Shown: positions 37,760 through 48,372, numbered from the stretch's first letter. The stretch: DNA of 64,000 nucleotides from Arcobacter sp. (GCA_003252105.1 QKDL01000085.1:1106-65105), one strand, 5' to 3'. Notes: a model not told the origin generated them from the letters alone. A program made the numbers and translations.

Positions 37760-40144
37760 TTACTGACAACCTGAACACTCCATACTTCTATCTTCTACAT
37801 CATTTGCTGCTTCGGGAGATTGACTTCTTAGATAATATGTAGATTTCAATCCTAATTTCCAAGCAGTTGTATATATCTCATGCAGATACTTACCACTTGC
37901 TTTATCTAATGACATAAATATATTTGTACTTTGTCCTTGGTCTATCCATTTTTGTCTAACAGCAGCTGCTTTTATGATATCGATTTGGTCAACTTCATAA
38001 GCTGGTGTATAGTATGACCAAGTTTCAGGACTTAAGTTTGGTACAACTACAGGGATAAGTCCTGATAAGTTTTCCTCAAACCATTTTCTTTTATAAACTG
38101 GCTCAATAGCTTGAGTTGTTCCAACTAATATAGAAATAGATGATGTTGGAGCAATAGCCATTAAGTAACCATTTCTCATACCATTTGTTTTAACTTGTTC
38201 TCTTAGGGCATCCCAATCATAACCTGTATCAAATAGATCTTTATCAACAAGGGCATTAACTGCTTGTGGTGCATGATCATGAGGCATAATACCTTTAGAC
38301 CAGTTTGAACCATCAAAAGTAGGATAGATACCTTTTTCAACTGCTAAATTTGAACTTGCTTTAATTGCATTGTACGAGATAGATTCCATTAAAGAATCAA
38401 TCTTTTTAAAGTGATCAGTACTTCCCCAAACAAGTTTGCTTTCTGCAACCATTTGAGACTCACCCATAACTCCAAGACCGATTGATCTTGATTTTAGGTT
38501 TGTTGCTTTTACTTTTCTTAAAGGATAGAAGTTTAAGTCGATTACATTATCAAGCATTCTTACAGCTGTTGGAACAACTTTTTCTATATCCTCTTTTGTA
38601 TTTATTCTAGAAAGATTTATTGAAGCTAGGTTACAAACTGCTGTATCTCCATCTATTTTCTCTTTTTCTACTATAAATACTTTTTTCCCGTTGATAGAAT
38701 CAAGTGCAGTTACTTTATTTGCTCTTTTACTTTGTCCACCATCAACTAATACAATATCTTCCTCTTCATAAGTAGTAATTGTTCCATCTTCAAACTCTAA
38801 TTTAATTTTGTAGTGATTTGGATTTGTATTTTGGAAAATCTCTGTACATAAATTTGAACTTCTAATATGCCCTACGTGAGCATTTGGATTTGCTCTATTT
38901 GCATTGTCTTTAAAACATAAAAATGGTGAACCAGATTCAAAATATGAAGTTAAGATTTTTTTCCATAAATCTTTTGCTTTAATTCTCTCTTTTGTAATAG
39001 TTTCATCATTTTCATACTCTAAATATCTAGTTTTAAACTCTTCTCCATGAAGTTCACTTAAATCTTTTACTTCATATGGATCAAATAGTGTCCAATGACC
39101 ATCTTCTAAGATTCTTTCCATAAAAAGGTCTGTTATCCAAAGTGCTGGGAATAAATCGTGAGTTCTTCTTCTTTCTTCACCAGAGTTTTTCTTAAGGTCA
39201 ATAAAATCTGATATATCCATATGCCAAGGCTCAAGGTATACAGCAATTGCACCTTTTCTTGTACCTAATTGATCAACTGCAATAGCAATATCATTTGTGA
39301 TTTTTAAAAATGGAATTGTACCACCAGCTGCACTTTTGTGGTCATCAATAACCCCACCTAAAGCTCTGATTTGGTTCCAATCCCAACCAATACCACCACC
39401 ATATTTAGAAAGTAGTGCCATCTCTTTATAACCATCAAAAATTCCTTCAATATTATCTGGACTCGAACCAATATAACAAGAGCTTAATTGGTGTCTGTTT
39501 GTTCTTGCATTTGACAATGTTGGAGTTGCCAACATAACTTCAAATTTTGAAACAACATCATAAAATTCTTTTGCTCTTTCTTGTTTATTTTCTTCATTTT
39601 GAGCTAAGAACATAGCAATTGCCATAAACATTTGTTGAGGAAGCTCGATTGGAATACCTTGTCTATTTTTGATTAGATATCTATCGTATAATGTTTTAAT
39701 TCCTAAATAGTTAAATAGATAATCTCTACTTGGGTCAATATAATCATTTAATTCATCTAAATCATAACCCTCACCAAGACTTGGTATTAATCTTCCTGCT
39801 TCTTTTCCATATGTTAAATAGTCTCTTAAATGGCAATACGGCTCACCTTTTATTCCATGAGTAACTTTACCTACTCTGTGATATAAATCAAATAAGAAAA
39901 GTCTAGCAGCAACAAAAGTCCAGTTTGGAACATCTATATCAATTTTTTCAACTGCTGTTTTGATAAGTGCATCTTGAATATCAGATGAACTCATCCCATC
40001 TATAAACTTAATTTGTGCATCAAGTTCTAACTCACTTTGAGATACTCCCTCTAAGTCTCTAGTCGCTTCTATCGTCATCTTTTGGATTTTAGTAATATCT
40101 AAAACCTCTTTTCTTCCATTTCTTTTCTCAATCATTATCGCCAT
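37760..40144 (-). CDS. nrdA: Ribonucleotide reductase class Ia alpha subunit
   Basis: ATP cone, ATPTLSN, SSCY, SNLCTEI, APTSSIS, TYYLR, C-terminal CSGC. Confidence 0.95.
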   Translation of the reverse strand: MAIMIEKRNGRKEVLDITKIQKMTIEATRDLEGVSQSELELDAQIKFIDGMSSSDIQDALIKTAVEKIDIDVPNWTFVAARLFLFDLYHRVGKVTHGIKGEPYCHLRDYLTYGKEAGRLIPSLGEGYDLDELNDYIDPSRDYLFNYLGIKTLYDRYLIKNRQGIPIELPQQMFMAIAMFLAQNEENKQERAKEFYDVVSKFEVMLATPTLSNARTNRHQLSSCYIGSSPDNIEGIFDGYKEMALLSKYGGGIGWDWNQIRALGGVIDDHKSAAGGTIPFLKITNDIAIAVDQLGTRKGAIAVYLEPWHMDISDFIDLKKNSGEERRRTHDLFPALWITDLFMERILEDGHWTLFDPYEVKDLSELHGEEFKTRYLEYENDETITKERIKAKDLWKKILTSYFESGSPFLCFKDNANRANPNAHVGHIRSSNLCTEIFQNTNPNHYKIKLEFEDGTITTYEEEDIVLVDGGQSKRANKVTALDSINGKKVFIVEKEKIDGDTAVCNLASINLSRINTKEDIEKVVPTAVRMLDNVIDLNFYPLRKVKATNLKSRSIGLGVMGESQMVAESKLVWGSTDHFKKIDSLMESISYNAIKASSNLAVEKGIYPTFDGSNWSKGIMPHDHAPQAVNALVDKDLFDTGYDWDALREQVKTNGMRNGYLMAIAPTSSISILVGTTQAIEPVYKRKWFEENLSGLIPVVVPNLSPETWSYYTPAYEVDQIDIIKAAAVRQKWIDQGQSTNIFMSLDKASGKYLHEIYTTAWKLGLKSTYYLRSQSPEAANDVEDRSMECSGCQ

Positions 40145-40169
40145 AATATTGCCTTGTGATTAATATTTT

Positions 40170-41501
40170 TTATTTATTGAATACTCTGTTAAAAATTGCA
40201 TCTACATTTTTTGTGTAATACTCGTAGTTAAAACACTCTCTAATTTGTTCTTCACTTAATTTTGCTCTTAAATCTTCATCAGCTAAAAGATGTCCAAGAT
40301 ATAAAGACTCACCATTTTCATTTGTTGTTGGTTTACCTTGTTGAATCTCTTCCCAAACTTTCATTGCGTTTCTTTGAACGATTTTATAAGCATCTTCTCT
40401 ACTAACTCCCGCTTTTGGAAGTTCTAATAATACTCTTTGTGAAAATACTAAACCACCAGTTAGATTTAGATTTTTCATCATATTTTCTGGCATAACTGTT
40501 AAGTTTGCAATTACACTATTCATTCTATGAAGCATAAAATCGCAAGTGATAAATGCATCTGGTAACCAGAATCTTTCAGTTGATGAGTGAGAGATATCTC
40601 TTTCATGCCATAATGCAACATTTTCCATTGCTGGCATTGAATAAGCTCTAATCATTCTTGCAAGTCCAGTTATGTTTTCTGTTAAGATAGGATTTCTTTT
40701 ATGTGGCATAGCTGAACTTCCCTTTTGCCCTTTTGCAAAATACTCTTCAGCCTCATAAACTTCTGTTCTTTGTAAATGTCTTACTTGCACTGCAAATTTT
40801 TCAACTGATGAAGCTAATAGTGCTAAAGCAGTTGCAAGTCTTGCATATCTATCTCTGTGAATTACTTGGTTTGAACAAGGCTCTGGTTTAAGCCCTAATT
40901 CTGCCATTGCTAACTCTTCAAGTTCAAGTGGTGCATGGGCAAAATTTCCCATAGCCCCTGAAATTTGTCCTACACAAATAACTTCCATAGTATCTTCAAG
41001 ATTTTTAAGATGTCTTGCTACTTCATCATACCATACAGCTAATGTAAGACCAAAAGTAATAGGCTCACCATGAATACCATGGCTTCTTCCTACCATAAGT
41101 GTATATTTATGTTCTTGGGCTCTTTTTTTGATAGACTCCATTAACATTTTTACATCTTCAATAATAATTTTTAAAGAGTCTCTCATCTGAAGTGCAACTC
41201 CAGTATCAACTGCATCAGAAGATGTCATACCATAGTGGAACCATCTTGATTCTTCACCAAGTGATTCTGATACACTTGTGTTAAATGCAATTAAATCATG
41301 TTTTGTAATAGCTTCTATCTCTTCGATTCTTTCAACTGAAAAAGTAGCATTTTTAACTATCTTTTCACAATCATCATCTGGAATAAGTCCTAATTTATTC
41401 CAAGCTTTTACTGCCGCTTTTTCAACCTCAAGCCATGCTGCATATCTAGCATGTTGAGTCCAATGTTTACTCATCTCTTCTCTGGCATATCTTTCAACCA
41501 T
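40170..41501 (-). CDS. purB: Adenylosuccinate lyase
   Basis: GRSHGIHGEP, GSSAMPHKRNP, HERDISHS. Confidence 0.95.
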   Translation of the reverse strand: MVERYAREEMSKHWTQHARYAAWLEVEKAAVKAWNKLGLIPDDDCEKIVKNATFSVERIEEIEAITKHDLIAFNTSVSESLGEESRWFHYGMTSSDAVDTGVALQMRDSLKIIIEDVKMLMESIKKRAQEHKYTLMVGRSHGIHGEPITFGLTLAVWYDEVARHLKNLEDTMEVICVGQISGAMGNFAHAPLELEELAMAELGLKPEPCSNQVIHRDRYARLATALALLASSVEKFAVQVRHLQRTEVYEAEEYFAKGQKGSSAMPHKRNPILTENITGLARMIRAYSMPAMENVALWHERDISHSSTERFWLPDAFITCDFMLHRMNSVIANLTVMPENMMKNLNLTGGLVFSQRVLLELPKAGVSREDAYKIVQRNAMKVWEEIQQGKPTTNENGESLYLGHLLADEDLRAKLSEEQIRECFNYEYYTKNVDAIFNRVFNK

Positions 41502-41638
41502 CTATATGTCCCTTATTCTCAATATTCGCTCTATTTTTATCAGATTTTTTTATAAATTCGTGTAAGATATCGTATCTAATTTAGCCAAAGATTTTGTTTA
41601 ACTTTTGTTAAATTTTTACTTAAATTTTAGGAAAAAAT

Positions 41639-42541
41639 TTGCCTTTCGTTTTAAAAAAATATCAAGCCTGTAAAGGCAAAAAAATACAAATATTTTTGAT
41701 GCAAGATATGCACTACAAGCCCGCTGTAGCCAATCGTTTGATAAGTAGAGGGAGAGTTTTTAAAGAGAACAAAAAGTCATATCAAATGTCAGAAATAATA
41801 AATGAAGAATATATATATATTGCACTGTTTGAAGGGCATTCTAGAGGTCTTAAACCTTTACTTATTTTTAGTGATTTTGCTATATTTGACAAACCTTCAC
41901 ATCTTATGATTCATCCCATATCAAAATCAACTGATTATTCACTTTTAGATGAGATTAGATTTCATTTAGGAGAGGATGCAAACCAAGCTCATAGGATAGA
42001 TGCAGAGACATCTGGACTAGTTCTTGTGGGATTAAATTCAGAGGTTACAAACGCTTTAGCAACAATGTTTGAGAAAAAAGAATACAAAAAATCATATATA
42101 GCAATTGTTGAAGGAAAAATTGAAAAAGAATTAACAATAGATAAAAATCTAAAAAAAGAGGGCAAAGCTATAGGTGTTAGGATGACAACCTGTTCAAAAG
42201 AAGAGGGTAAAGAGTCTAAAACCATTGTAAAACCAATTAAATACAATGAAAAAAGAAACCTAAGTCTTGTTGAACTTATTCCTGTAACTGGTAGACAACA
42301 CCAATTAAGGGTACATCTATACTCAATAGGGCATAAGATTTTAGGAGACCCAATATATGGAATAGATGATGAAACAGCTGAAAACTATCTTACAAAAGAG
42401 TTATCATCTTCTGATAGAATAGAAAAAACTGGTTCAAGCAGACTTTGGCTTCATGCAAACTATTTAGAGTTTGCTTATAAAGGGATAGACTACAAACTAT
42501 TTTCAAAAAATAGAGCGATATTTGATGAATTTAAGCTTTAA
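41639..42541 (+). CDS. RluA-family pseudouridine synthase
   Basis: HRIDAETSG, TGRQHQLRVH, ILGDPIYG, LHA. Confidence 0.9.
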   Translation: MPFVLKKYQACKGKKIQIFLMQDMHYKPAVANRLISRGRVFKENKKSYQMSEIINEEYIYIALFEGHSRGLKPLLIFSDFAIFDKPSHLMIHPISKSTDYSLLDEIRFHLGEDANQAHRIDAETSGLVLVGLNSEVTNALATMFEKKEYKKSYIAIVEGKIEKELTIDKNLKKEGKAIGVRMTTCSKEEGKESKTIVKPIKYNEKRNLSLVELIPVTGRQHQLRVHLYSIGHKILGDPIYGIDDETAENYLTKELSSSDRIEKTGSSRLWLHANYLEFAYKGIDYKLFSKNRAIFDEFKL

Positions 42542-42858
42542 GAAGCTAAATCACATTGAAAACAGTTTGTTATATCTCTACATGTAGCACAAGCTGGTGC
42601 TGTTTTTCCTATACAATCATAAAGGTATTTTTTCCATCTGATACTATCTGGTTTTAATTTTGCTAAAGAAGAAAAATTATTAGTCATAAATCGACTCATC
42701 TCTTTTCTACTTATTAATCCCAAATCAGAATATAAATGTCCCATTCTTAAAGACGTTCTTGCAATCCAAGGTGCAAGGGTATCTTTAGCATACTCATCAT
42801 TTGCATGATTTTGCAACAAATCCAATACTTCTACTTCCATAATCTCTAAACTACTCAT
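42538..42858 (-). CDS. nifQ: Molybdenum-delivery protein NifQ
   Basis: HLYSDLGL..R..MS..M..F, RWKKYLY, C-terminal CxxCxxxxxC. Confidence 0.82.
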   Translation of the reverse strand: MSSLEIMEVEVLDLLQNHANDEYAKDTLAPWIARTSLRMGHLYSDLGLISRKEMSRFMTNNFSSLAKLKPDSIRWKKYLYDCIGKTAPACATCRDITNCFQCDLAS

Positions 42859-42867
42859 GTTACCTCC

Positions 42868-43860
42868 TTACATATCACAAAATTCAAGATCAAGTGTTTT
42901 TGGTCTTTCAAGATTGTTATTGTTTTGAATATAAAGATTTTTTAGATTTTTTAAGTTTTCAATTGAACTTGGAAGAGAATCAAGGTTATTATCTTCCACA
43001 TCCAACTCTTCTAACTTTTGTAAATCTCCTATATTCTCAGGCAATTTTTCAAGACAATTTGCACTTACACTTAAATTTGTCAAATTTTTTAAACTACACA
43101 CCTCATCAGGTAAACCTGTTAACTCATTGTTGTCTAAAATTAATATTTTTAGATCTTCCAATTTACTAACATTAAAGTCCAACGAACTTAAAGAGTTATC
43201 ACTCAAATCAAGTTTTATCAACATATCATGAGACTCTAATGATGGTAAATTTTGTAGATGATTACCCTCTAAAAGTAGGGTTTCCAACTCATCAATTTCT
43301 GATATAGATTTTGGTAAAAAACTTAGATTGTTATATGAAATATCTAAGTAATAAAGTGAATTCATCTTAGAAAATGCATCTGGTAATTCATCTAGTTCAT
43401 TTGTATCTAAAGATAAATAAAGTAACTTAGTTAACTTCTCTAAACCTATAGATAAACTCTCTAACTTATTTGCTGCAATAGTAAGTCTAGTTAGATTTGT
43501 AAGCTTATAAATCTCTTCAGGAAGAGTTTTTAATCTATTACCATTTAGGTTTAAAATCATCAGCTTAGATAAATCTCCTATAGAGCTAGGAATCTCTTCT
43601 AAAAGATTGTTTTCACATTGAAGGTTTTTTAGATTTTTAAGTTGCCCAATAGAGTGGGGTAACTTTTTTAATCTATTATTAGAAAGTTTTAAAACTGTTA
43701 AGTTTTTTAGAACCCCAAAAGATTCTGGTAACTCTCTAATTTTCTTTTTTGATAAATCCAAATGGGTCATCATATTGATATCATCAATATGAGTTGATAT
43801 AGTAGATGTTAAACCTGAGGATTTAACCCATCTTATAAAGTTTTCAATATCATTATCCAT
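42868..43860 (-). CDS. Leucine-rich repeat protein (~23-aa LRRs)
   Basis: repeated LxxLxLxxNxLxxLPxxI. Confidence 0.9.
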   Translation of the reverse strand: MDNDIENFIRWVKSSGLTSTISTHIDDINMMTHLDLSKKKIRELPESFGVLKNLTVLKLSNNRLKKLPHSIGQLKNLKNLQCENNLLEEIPSSIGDLSKLMILNLNGNRLKTLPEEIYKLTNLTRLTIAANKLESLSIGLEKLTKLLYLSLDTNELDELPDAFSKMNSLYYLDISYNNLSFLPKSISEIDELETLLLEGNHLQNLPSLESHDMLIKLDLSDNSLSSLDFNVSKLEDLKILILDNNELTGLPDEVCSLKNLTNLSVSANCLEKLPENIGDLQKLEELDVEDNNLDSLPSSIENLKNLKNLYIQNNNNLERPKTLDLEFCDM

Positions 43861-43861
43861 A

Positions 43862-44104
43862 TCAATCCTTTAACCTATCATTCATTGCATCTATTAAAAA
43901 AGATATCTCTTCATAATCAATAAAACCAAAATCCACCATGTTGAATAAAGCCATTAAAGGTTTTCTACAACAGGTTTTATTACATCCTGTGACTAGTTTT
44001 TTAGCCTTTTTGTATGGAAGATCAGTATTTTGAAAAATCTCTACTGCTTCTTGTACAGTTTTCTCTCCACATTCACAGATTTGTTTATTTTTCAAGTCTT
44101 CCAT
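43862..44104 (-). CDS. BFD-like [2Fe-2S]-binding small protein
   Basis: ICECGE...GCNKTCC. Confidence 0.6.
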   Translation of the reverse strand: MEDLKNKQICECGEKTVQEAVEIFQNTDLPYKKAKKLVTGCNKTCCRKPLMALFNMVDFGFIDYEEISFLIDAMNDRLKD

Positions 44105-44114
44105 TTAATACTTC

Positions 44115-44324
44115 TTATTTTAAATAAGGGTGTTGCTCTTTGAATGCATTAACATCTTTCATAGCAACTGCGATTTGTTCACTAAGCTCTGGTAATTTAT
44201 CATACTCAGTCCAGATTGTATCTTCAACGATATCATGAACAACACCAGCTAGTTCTACAACTTTTCTCTTGTACTTAGCTAACTCTTTTTTTGCTTCTTT
44301 TTGCTCTTCTGTTAAATCTGACAT
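44115..44324 (-). CDS. Rop-like nif-associated protein (DUF683/CCE_0567 family)
   Basis: KKELAKYKRK...VHDIVED helical hairpin; nif context. Confidence 0.65.
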   Translation of the reverse strand: MSDLTEEQKEAKKELAKYKRKVVELAGVVHDIVEDTIWTEYDKLPELSEQIAVAMKDVNAFKEQHPYLK

Positions 44325-44339
44325 TTAAATCTCCTTTTT

Positions 44340-45143
44340 TTAGATTGCGTATAAATTTTCTAATTTTACGTGGGGTTTCTCCCCTAAATATAAAAGTTTA
44401 AATTTTGACTCTTTTTTAAACTTATAACTCTCATAAAGCTCTGTAATCTCTTTTATCTCAGGTGCATATGCAAAAATTTTTTTAAGTCCTCTATAGTATA
44501 AAACTCCTCTTAGAAGCTTTTCAGCATCCAAGTAAGATTCATTTTGCATCTCCCAAGGAGAGATTCTAATATGCCTTTTATTAACTACATAAGAGTGTAA
44601 AAAACCTGTTTGAGTAGATAATTTTAAAGAGTTTGAAAAAGAACAATCTTTTTTTAGATAATCATCTCTATCATCTAAAAATACTTCCCTATCTATTCTT
44701 TTAGAAACATTCTCATAATCCTCTCCACTCACTTGTTTTGCAATTGAGTTTGAGAAATTAAAAGCAACAGCTTCTCCGCTGTGTATAAATCTGATAAAAG
44801 TTGAATGCTCTTTAAAATTAAATGGTTCAAAATATGAAGCCATTTTAGTATCTGCCAAAACATAGATATTCATTGTTGAAGTGTTTTGAATTAATAATTT
44901 TATCAATCTAATTAATACATCTTCATGGGCTTTCATAGCTTTTATAACATTTATATAAATATGTTTATTAAAAGAATATGCACTAATAACCCCAACAATT
45001 TGCCCATTGTCATAGGCAGCAAAACAATATTGAGGAAAAGCTTCATATGTTTTTTTCAAAAGCTCCACTTCAAAAAGAGAATCACTGTGTATAAGGTCAG
45101 TTATCTCCTCTTCAAAATTACTTCTTAAATATCCAACGAACAT
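44340..45143 (-). CDS. Hypothetical protein, GNAT-like fold
   Basis: CFAAYDNGQIVGVISAY; translationally coupled to nifV. Confidence 0.4.
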   Translation of the reverse strand: MFVGYLRSNFEEEITDLIHSDSLFEVELLKKTYEAFPQYCFAAYDNGQIVGVISAYSFNKHIYINVIKAMKAHEDVLIRLIKLLIQNTSTMNIYVLADTKMASYFEPFNFKEHSTFIRFIHSGEAVAFNFSNSIAKQVSGEDYENVSKRIDREVFLDDRDDYLKKDCSFSNSLKLSTQTGFLHSYVVNKRHIRISPWEMQNESYLDAEKLLRGVLYYRGLKKIFAYAPEIKEITELYESYKFKKESKFKLLYLGEKPHVKLENLYAI

Positions 45144-46240
45144 AAATATAACTCTTTTAATTCTGTAGTATCTAATACTTTTTTTCTATTTGTAACAATC
45201 TCTCTTACTAGTGGTAAAAGTTTTTGTAAAACCTCTTTATCTGGATGTATTCCCATAGATTCAAGATGATACATCAAAGTAGATGTACCAGAGTGTTTCC
45301 CTATTGGAAACTCTCTTTTTAATCCAACCTCTTTTGGTGTAAATGGTTCATATGATGATTTTGATTTCATCATTCCATTTACATGAATACCAGATTCGTG
45401 AGAAAAGATATATTCTCCTACTATTGGAAGATTTGTATCTATTCTTCTATTTGATGCAACACTAACTAGTTGAATAAGCCTTTTAAGTTTTTTAGAATCT
45501 ATATCTGTTTTTTTACCAAAAAGTCTTGTTAAGCTCATAAGAACTTGTTCAAAAGATGCATTGCCCGCGCGCTCACCTAATCCAATCACTGTTGTATTTG
45601 CACTAACTGCTCCAGCTTCAAAACCTGAAATTGCATTTGCAGTAGCCATTCCGAAATCATTGTGTGTATGCATTTCAATATCTAACAAGTTCAAAGAACT
45701 CAACTTTTTAATATTTTCATAAGTTTTATGTGGTGTTAAAATACCAACTGTATCACAGTATCTAAATCTATCAGCTCCCAACTCTTTACCTAAAGTCATA
45801 ACCTCTTCTAAAAAGCCAAGATCTGCTCTTGATGAATCTTCTCCCCCAATACAAACAAAAAGTCCATCTTTTTTAGCTTGAGTAACTACATCTTCAAGCT
45901 GTTTAAGAAGTCTATGTTTGTCTCCTTTAAACTTAACATCAATAAGAATATCTGATACTGGAATTGATAAATCAACTGCTTTAAGCCCACAGTTCATAGA
46001 TGCTTCTAAGTCACTTAGTGTCGCTCTATTCCAACTCATAATTCTAATAGGTAGATTAAGCGCAAGTATCTCTTTTAAATCCTCCTGCTCTTTTTGACCC
46101 ATAGCAGGAATACCAACTTCAAGTTCGTCAGCACCAACTTCGTAAAGTTTTTGTGCAATCTTAAGCTTTTCTTTTGTGTTAAACGCTACGTATGGAGCTT
46201 GTTCTCCATCTCTTAAAGTTGTGTCATTTATAAGAAACAT
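45125..46240 (-). CDS. nifV: Homocitrate synthase
   Basis: DTTLRDGEQAP, HTHNDFGMATAN, GLGERAGN, HESGIH. Confidence 0.92.
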   Translation of the reverse strand: MFLINDTTLRDGEQAPYVAFNTKEKLKIAQKLYEVGADELEVGIPAMGQKEQEDLKEILALNLPIRIMSWNRATLSDLEASMNCGLKAVDLSIPVSDILIDVKFKGDKHRLLKQLEDVVTQAKKDGLFVCIGGEDSSRADLGFLEEVMTLGKELGADRFRYCDTVGILTPHKTYENIKKLSSLNLLDIEMHTHNDFGMATANAISGFEAGAVSANTTVIGLGERAGNASFEQVLMSLTRLFGKKTDIDSKKLKRLIQLVSVASNRRIDTNLPIVGEYIFSHESGIHVNGMMKSKSSYEPFTPKEVGLKREFPIGKHSGTSTLMYHLESMGIHPDKEVLQKLLPLVREIVTNRKKVLDTTELKELYLCSLDI

Positions 46241-46274
46241 CTTAATTACCTCTTATTAGATTATGTTAAGTAAG

Positions 46275-46291
46275 ATGCAAATTTTATTCCG
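46275..46291 (-). promoter_or_regulatory. sigma54 promoter of the nifV operon
   Basis: CGGAATAAAATTTGCA, GG-N10-GC. Confidence 0.7.
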
Positions 46292-46316
46292 TAGATTGAT
46301 TTAAAAAACAATTTTT

Positions 46317-46598
46317 TTAAATTGTTTCAATAAAAGGTGCGTGAATTTTTTCTAAATCCTCTTTTGTTAATTTTGTATATGAATATAAAAAACAACAAGG
46401 TTTATCTTTGATAGTTTTTTCGATTTGCCAAAATTTTTCCAGATTTTCTATTATATAAATTTTATCTGCACGAAGTGTTTTTAGTGGAAAGCCAATTGCT
46501 CCATGACAAGTAGTAACTGGATAAAGTTCCATTAACTCATTATTTATAGAGATTGGTCCATTACCTTTTAAAAGTATTATTGTAGGTTGATTATTCAT
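46317..46598 (-). CDS. Hypothetical protein downstream of nifB
   Basis: 93-aa ORF in operon position; no recognised motif. Confidence 0.5.
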   Translation of the reverse strand: MNNQPTIILLKGNGPISINNELMELYPVTTCHGAIGFPLKTLRADKIYIIENLEKFWQIEKTIKDKPCCFLYSYTKLTKEDLEKIHAPFIETI

Positions 46599-46616
46599 TT
46601 TTGTAAAAGTTAGGGA

Positions 46617-48068
46617 TTACCCTAACTCTTGCTCTGTTTTTGATTCAGCAGCAGCATAGAAATATTTCTGTGCAGCAGCAAAAACTGATTTCTCAATTGG
46701 TTGAAGTGCATATGAGTCATCAGAGATTAAGTTAATAGAGCTTAACTCCTCTTGAGGACATCCACCAATCTTTTCTGTTAAAAGAATATCAACATCTTTT
46801 AAAGTGTTTTTAATCTCTTCAATTGGATAAGAACCATCACAATCTTCAGGTCCTTTACAATATGCATTTTCAACTTTTCTATGCATTACAAATTTGATTG
46901 CTTTATCACCAACTTCGTAAATTAAGAACTCAGTTGCATTACCAAAGTGTTGGTTAATAGTACCTTCACCAGCAGTAGTAACTGCAACTAATTTTGTTTC
47001 ACCAGTAGAACTTAATTCTTCTTTAGAAGCTTGCTCAATTTTGATTCTATCATTTGCTTGCTCTAAAGCTGCTCTCCAGTTTTCAATAACTTCATGTTTT
47101 TGTTTTCTTGCTTCAATATTGTATTGATCTTCAAGCTCTGACCATGTCATATCTTGGAATACATCTGGAGTAAACTCTGCACCTCTATCTTCACCAATTA
47201 GACCAACAGCATCAGCTCTACATTGTCTACAGTGGCTCATTAGTTTCATATCCATACCACAAGCTTCTTGTGCTGCCATAACCTCTTGGTCAGTAGCACT
47301 TCTTTGTCCATTTAATCCATAATATGTACCATACTCTTCTTTTGAAAGTAATGGCATAATGTTATGTAAAAATACACCTAATTCTTTTAATTTTTTTGCA
47401 ACATTTGGAAGTTCTTGGTCATTTACACCAGGGATAAGTACAGAGTTAGCTTTTACTAAGATTCCTCTTTCAACTAACATTTGAATACCTTTTAGTTGTT
47501 GTTCTAAAAGAATTTTTGCACCCTCAGCTCCAAACACTTTTTTATGGTTCCAGTGAACCCATGGGTAAATTTTAGCTCCAATTTCACCAGTTTCATCAAC
47601 TGAATTAATTGTAACTGTTACGTGGTCAACATTGTATTTAACCATCTCATCAACATAATCTGGAAGTCTTAATCCATTTGTTGATAAACAAAGTTTTTGA
47701 TCTGGTGCTTTTTCATGTAACATTTTAAATGTTTTAAATGTTTTCTTTGGATTAGCTAAAGCATCACCAGGTCCAGCAATTCCTACAACTGAAAGTTGTT
47801 GAATATCTCCACCTACATATAATACTTTTTTAACTGCATCCTCAGGACTTAGTTTATTTGATGTAACACCTGGTCTAGATTCATTTGAACAGTCAAATTT
47901 TCTATTACAGTAATTACATTGGATATTACATGCAGGAGCAACAGCAACGTGAATCCTTGCGTAGTGTTGGTGTGCACCTTCACTATAACATGGATGGTTA
48001 TTGATTTTATCCATCACCTCTTGTTCTAACTCAGATTGTGTACTACTTGATGTACAAGAACAGCTCAT
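46617..48068 (-). CDS. nifB: FeMo-cofactor biosynthesis radical SAM protein NifB
   Basis: HPCY, CNIQCNYC, GPGDAL, HCRQCRADA, C-terminal NifX-like domain. Confidence 0.96.
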   Translation of the reverse strand: MSCSCTSSSTQSELEQEVMDKINNHPCYSEGAHQHYARIHVAVAPACNIQCNYCNRKFDCSNESRPGVTSNKLSPEDAVKKVLYVGGDIQQLSVVGIAGPGDALANPKKTFKTFKMLHEKAPDQKLCLSTNGLRLPDYVDEMVKYNVDHVTVTINSVDETGEIGAKIYPWVHWNHKKVFGAEGAKILLEQQLKGIQMLVERGILVKANSVLIPGVNDQELPNVAKKLKELGVFLHNIMPLLSKEEYGTYYGLNGQRSATDQEVMAAQEACGMDMKLMSHCRQCRADAVGLIGEDRGAEFTPDVFQDMTWSELEDQYNIEARKQKHEVIENWRAALEQANDRIKIEQASKEELSSTGETKLVAVTTAGEGTINQHFGNATEFLIYEVGDKAIKFVMHRKVENAYCKGPEDCDGSYPIEEIKNTLKDVDILLTEKIGGCPQEELSSINLISDDSYALQPIEKSVFAAAQKYFYAAAESKTEQELG

Positions 48069-48104
48069 AGTATCTCCTTTTTTTCATTTTCTACTTTGGG
48101 TTAA

Positions 48105-48120
48105 TGCATATAGTGTTCCA
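48105..48120 (-). promoter_or_regulatory. sigma54 promoter of nifB
   Basis: TGGAACACTATATGCA, GG-N10-GC. Confidence 0.75.
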
Positions 48121-48186
48121 TAGAAATTTTAGGAATAGAAAATGCATACAATTGTAAAACCTATACATATAATATGGAGCAAAAGT

Positions 48187-48372
48187 ATGAATATTCAAGA
48201 CCAAATAAAAGAGCAACTATTAAAAGAACTTTTTTCAAATATAGATAATATCTACGATTTTATGGATACTAGATACAATTTAGATAAACCTTGCAATGAT
48301 GCAATTATAAAAAAGTTAAATGAGTTGAAAGATGTAGTTTATAAAGTTTCTGGATTAAGTGAATTATCGTAA
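48187..48372 (+). CDS. Small hypothetical protein (start probably 48187, not 48142)
   Basis: GGAG RBS before ATG 48187; helical 61-aa product. Confidence 0.5.
   Translation: MNIQDQIKEQLLKELFSNIDNIYDFMDTRYNLDKPCNDAIIKKLNELKDVVYKVSGLSELS

Noticed and set aside
38650-38830. ~55-aa insert in NrdA between NLCTEI and AVCNL as a possible intein
   Set aside because: No Cys/Ser-start and His-Asn-end splicing motifs and too short; a similar insert is, to my knowledge, normal in Campylobacterota NrdA
48153-48167. TGT-N9-ACA as a NifA UAS
   Set aside because: Spacing is N9 rather than N10, it is only ~35 bp from the -24 element, and no matching sites were seen at the other sigma54 promoters
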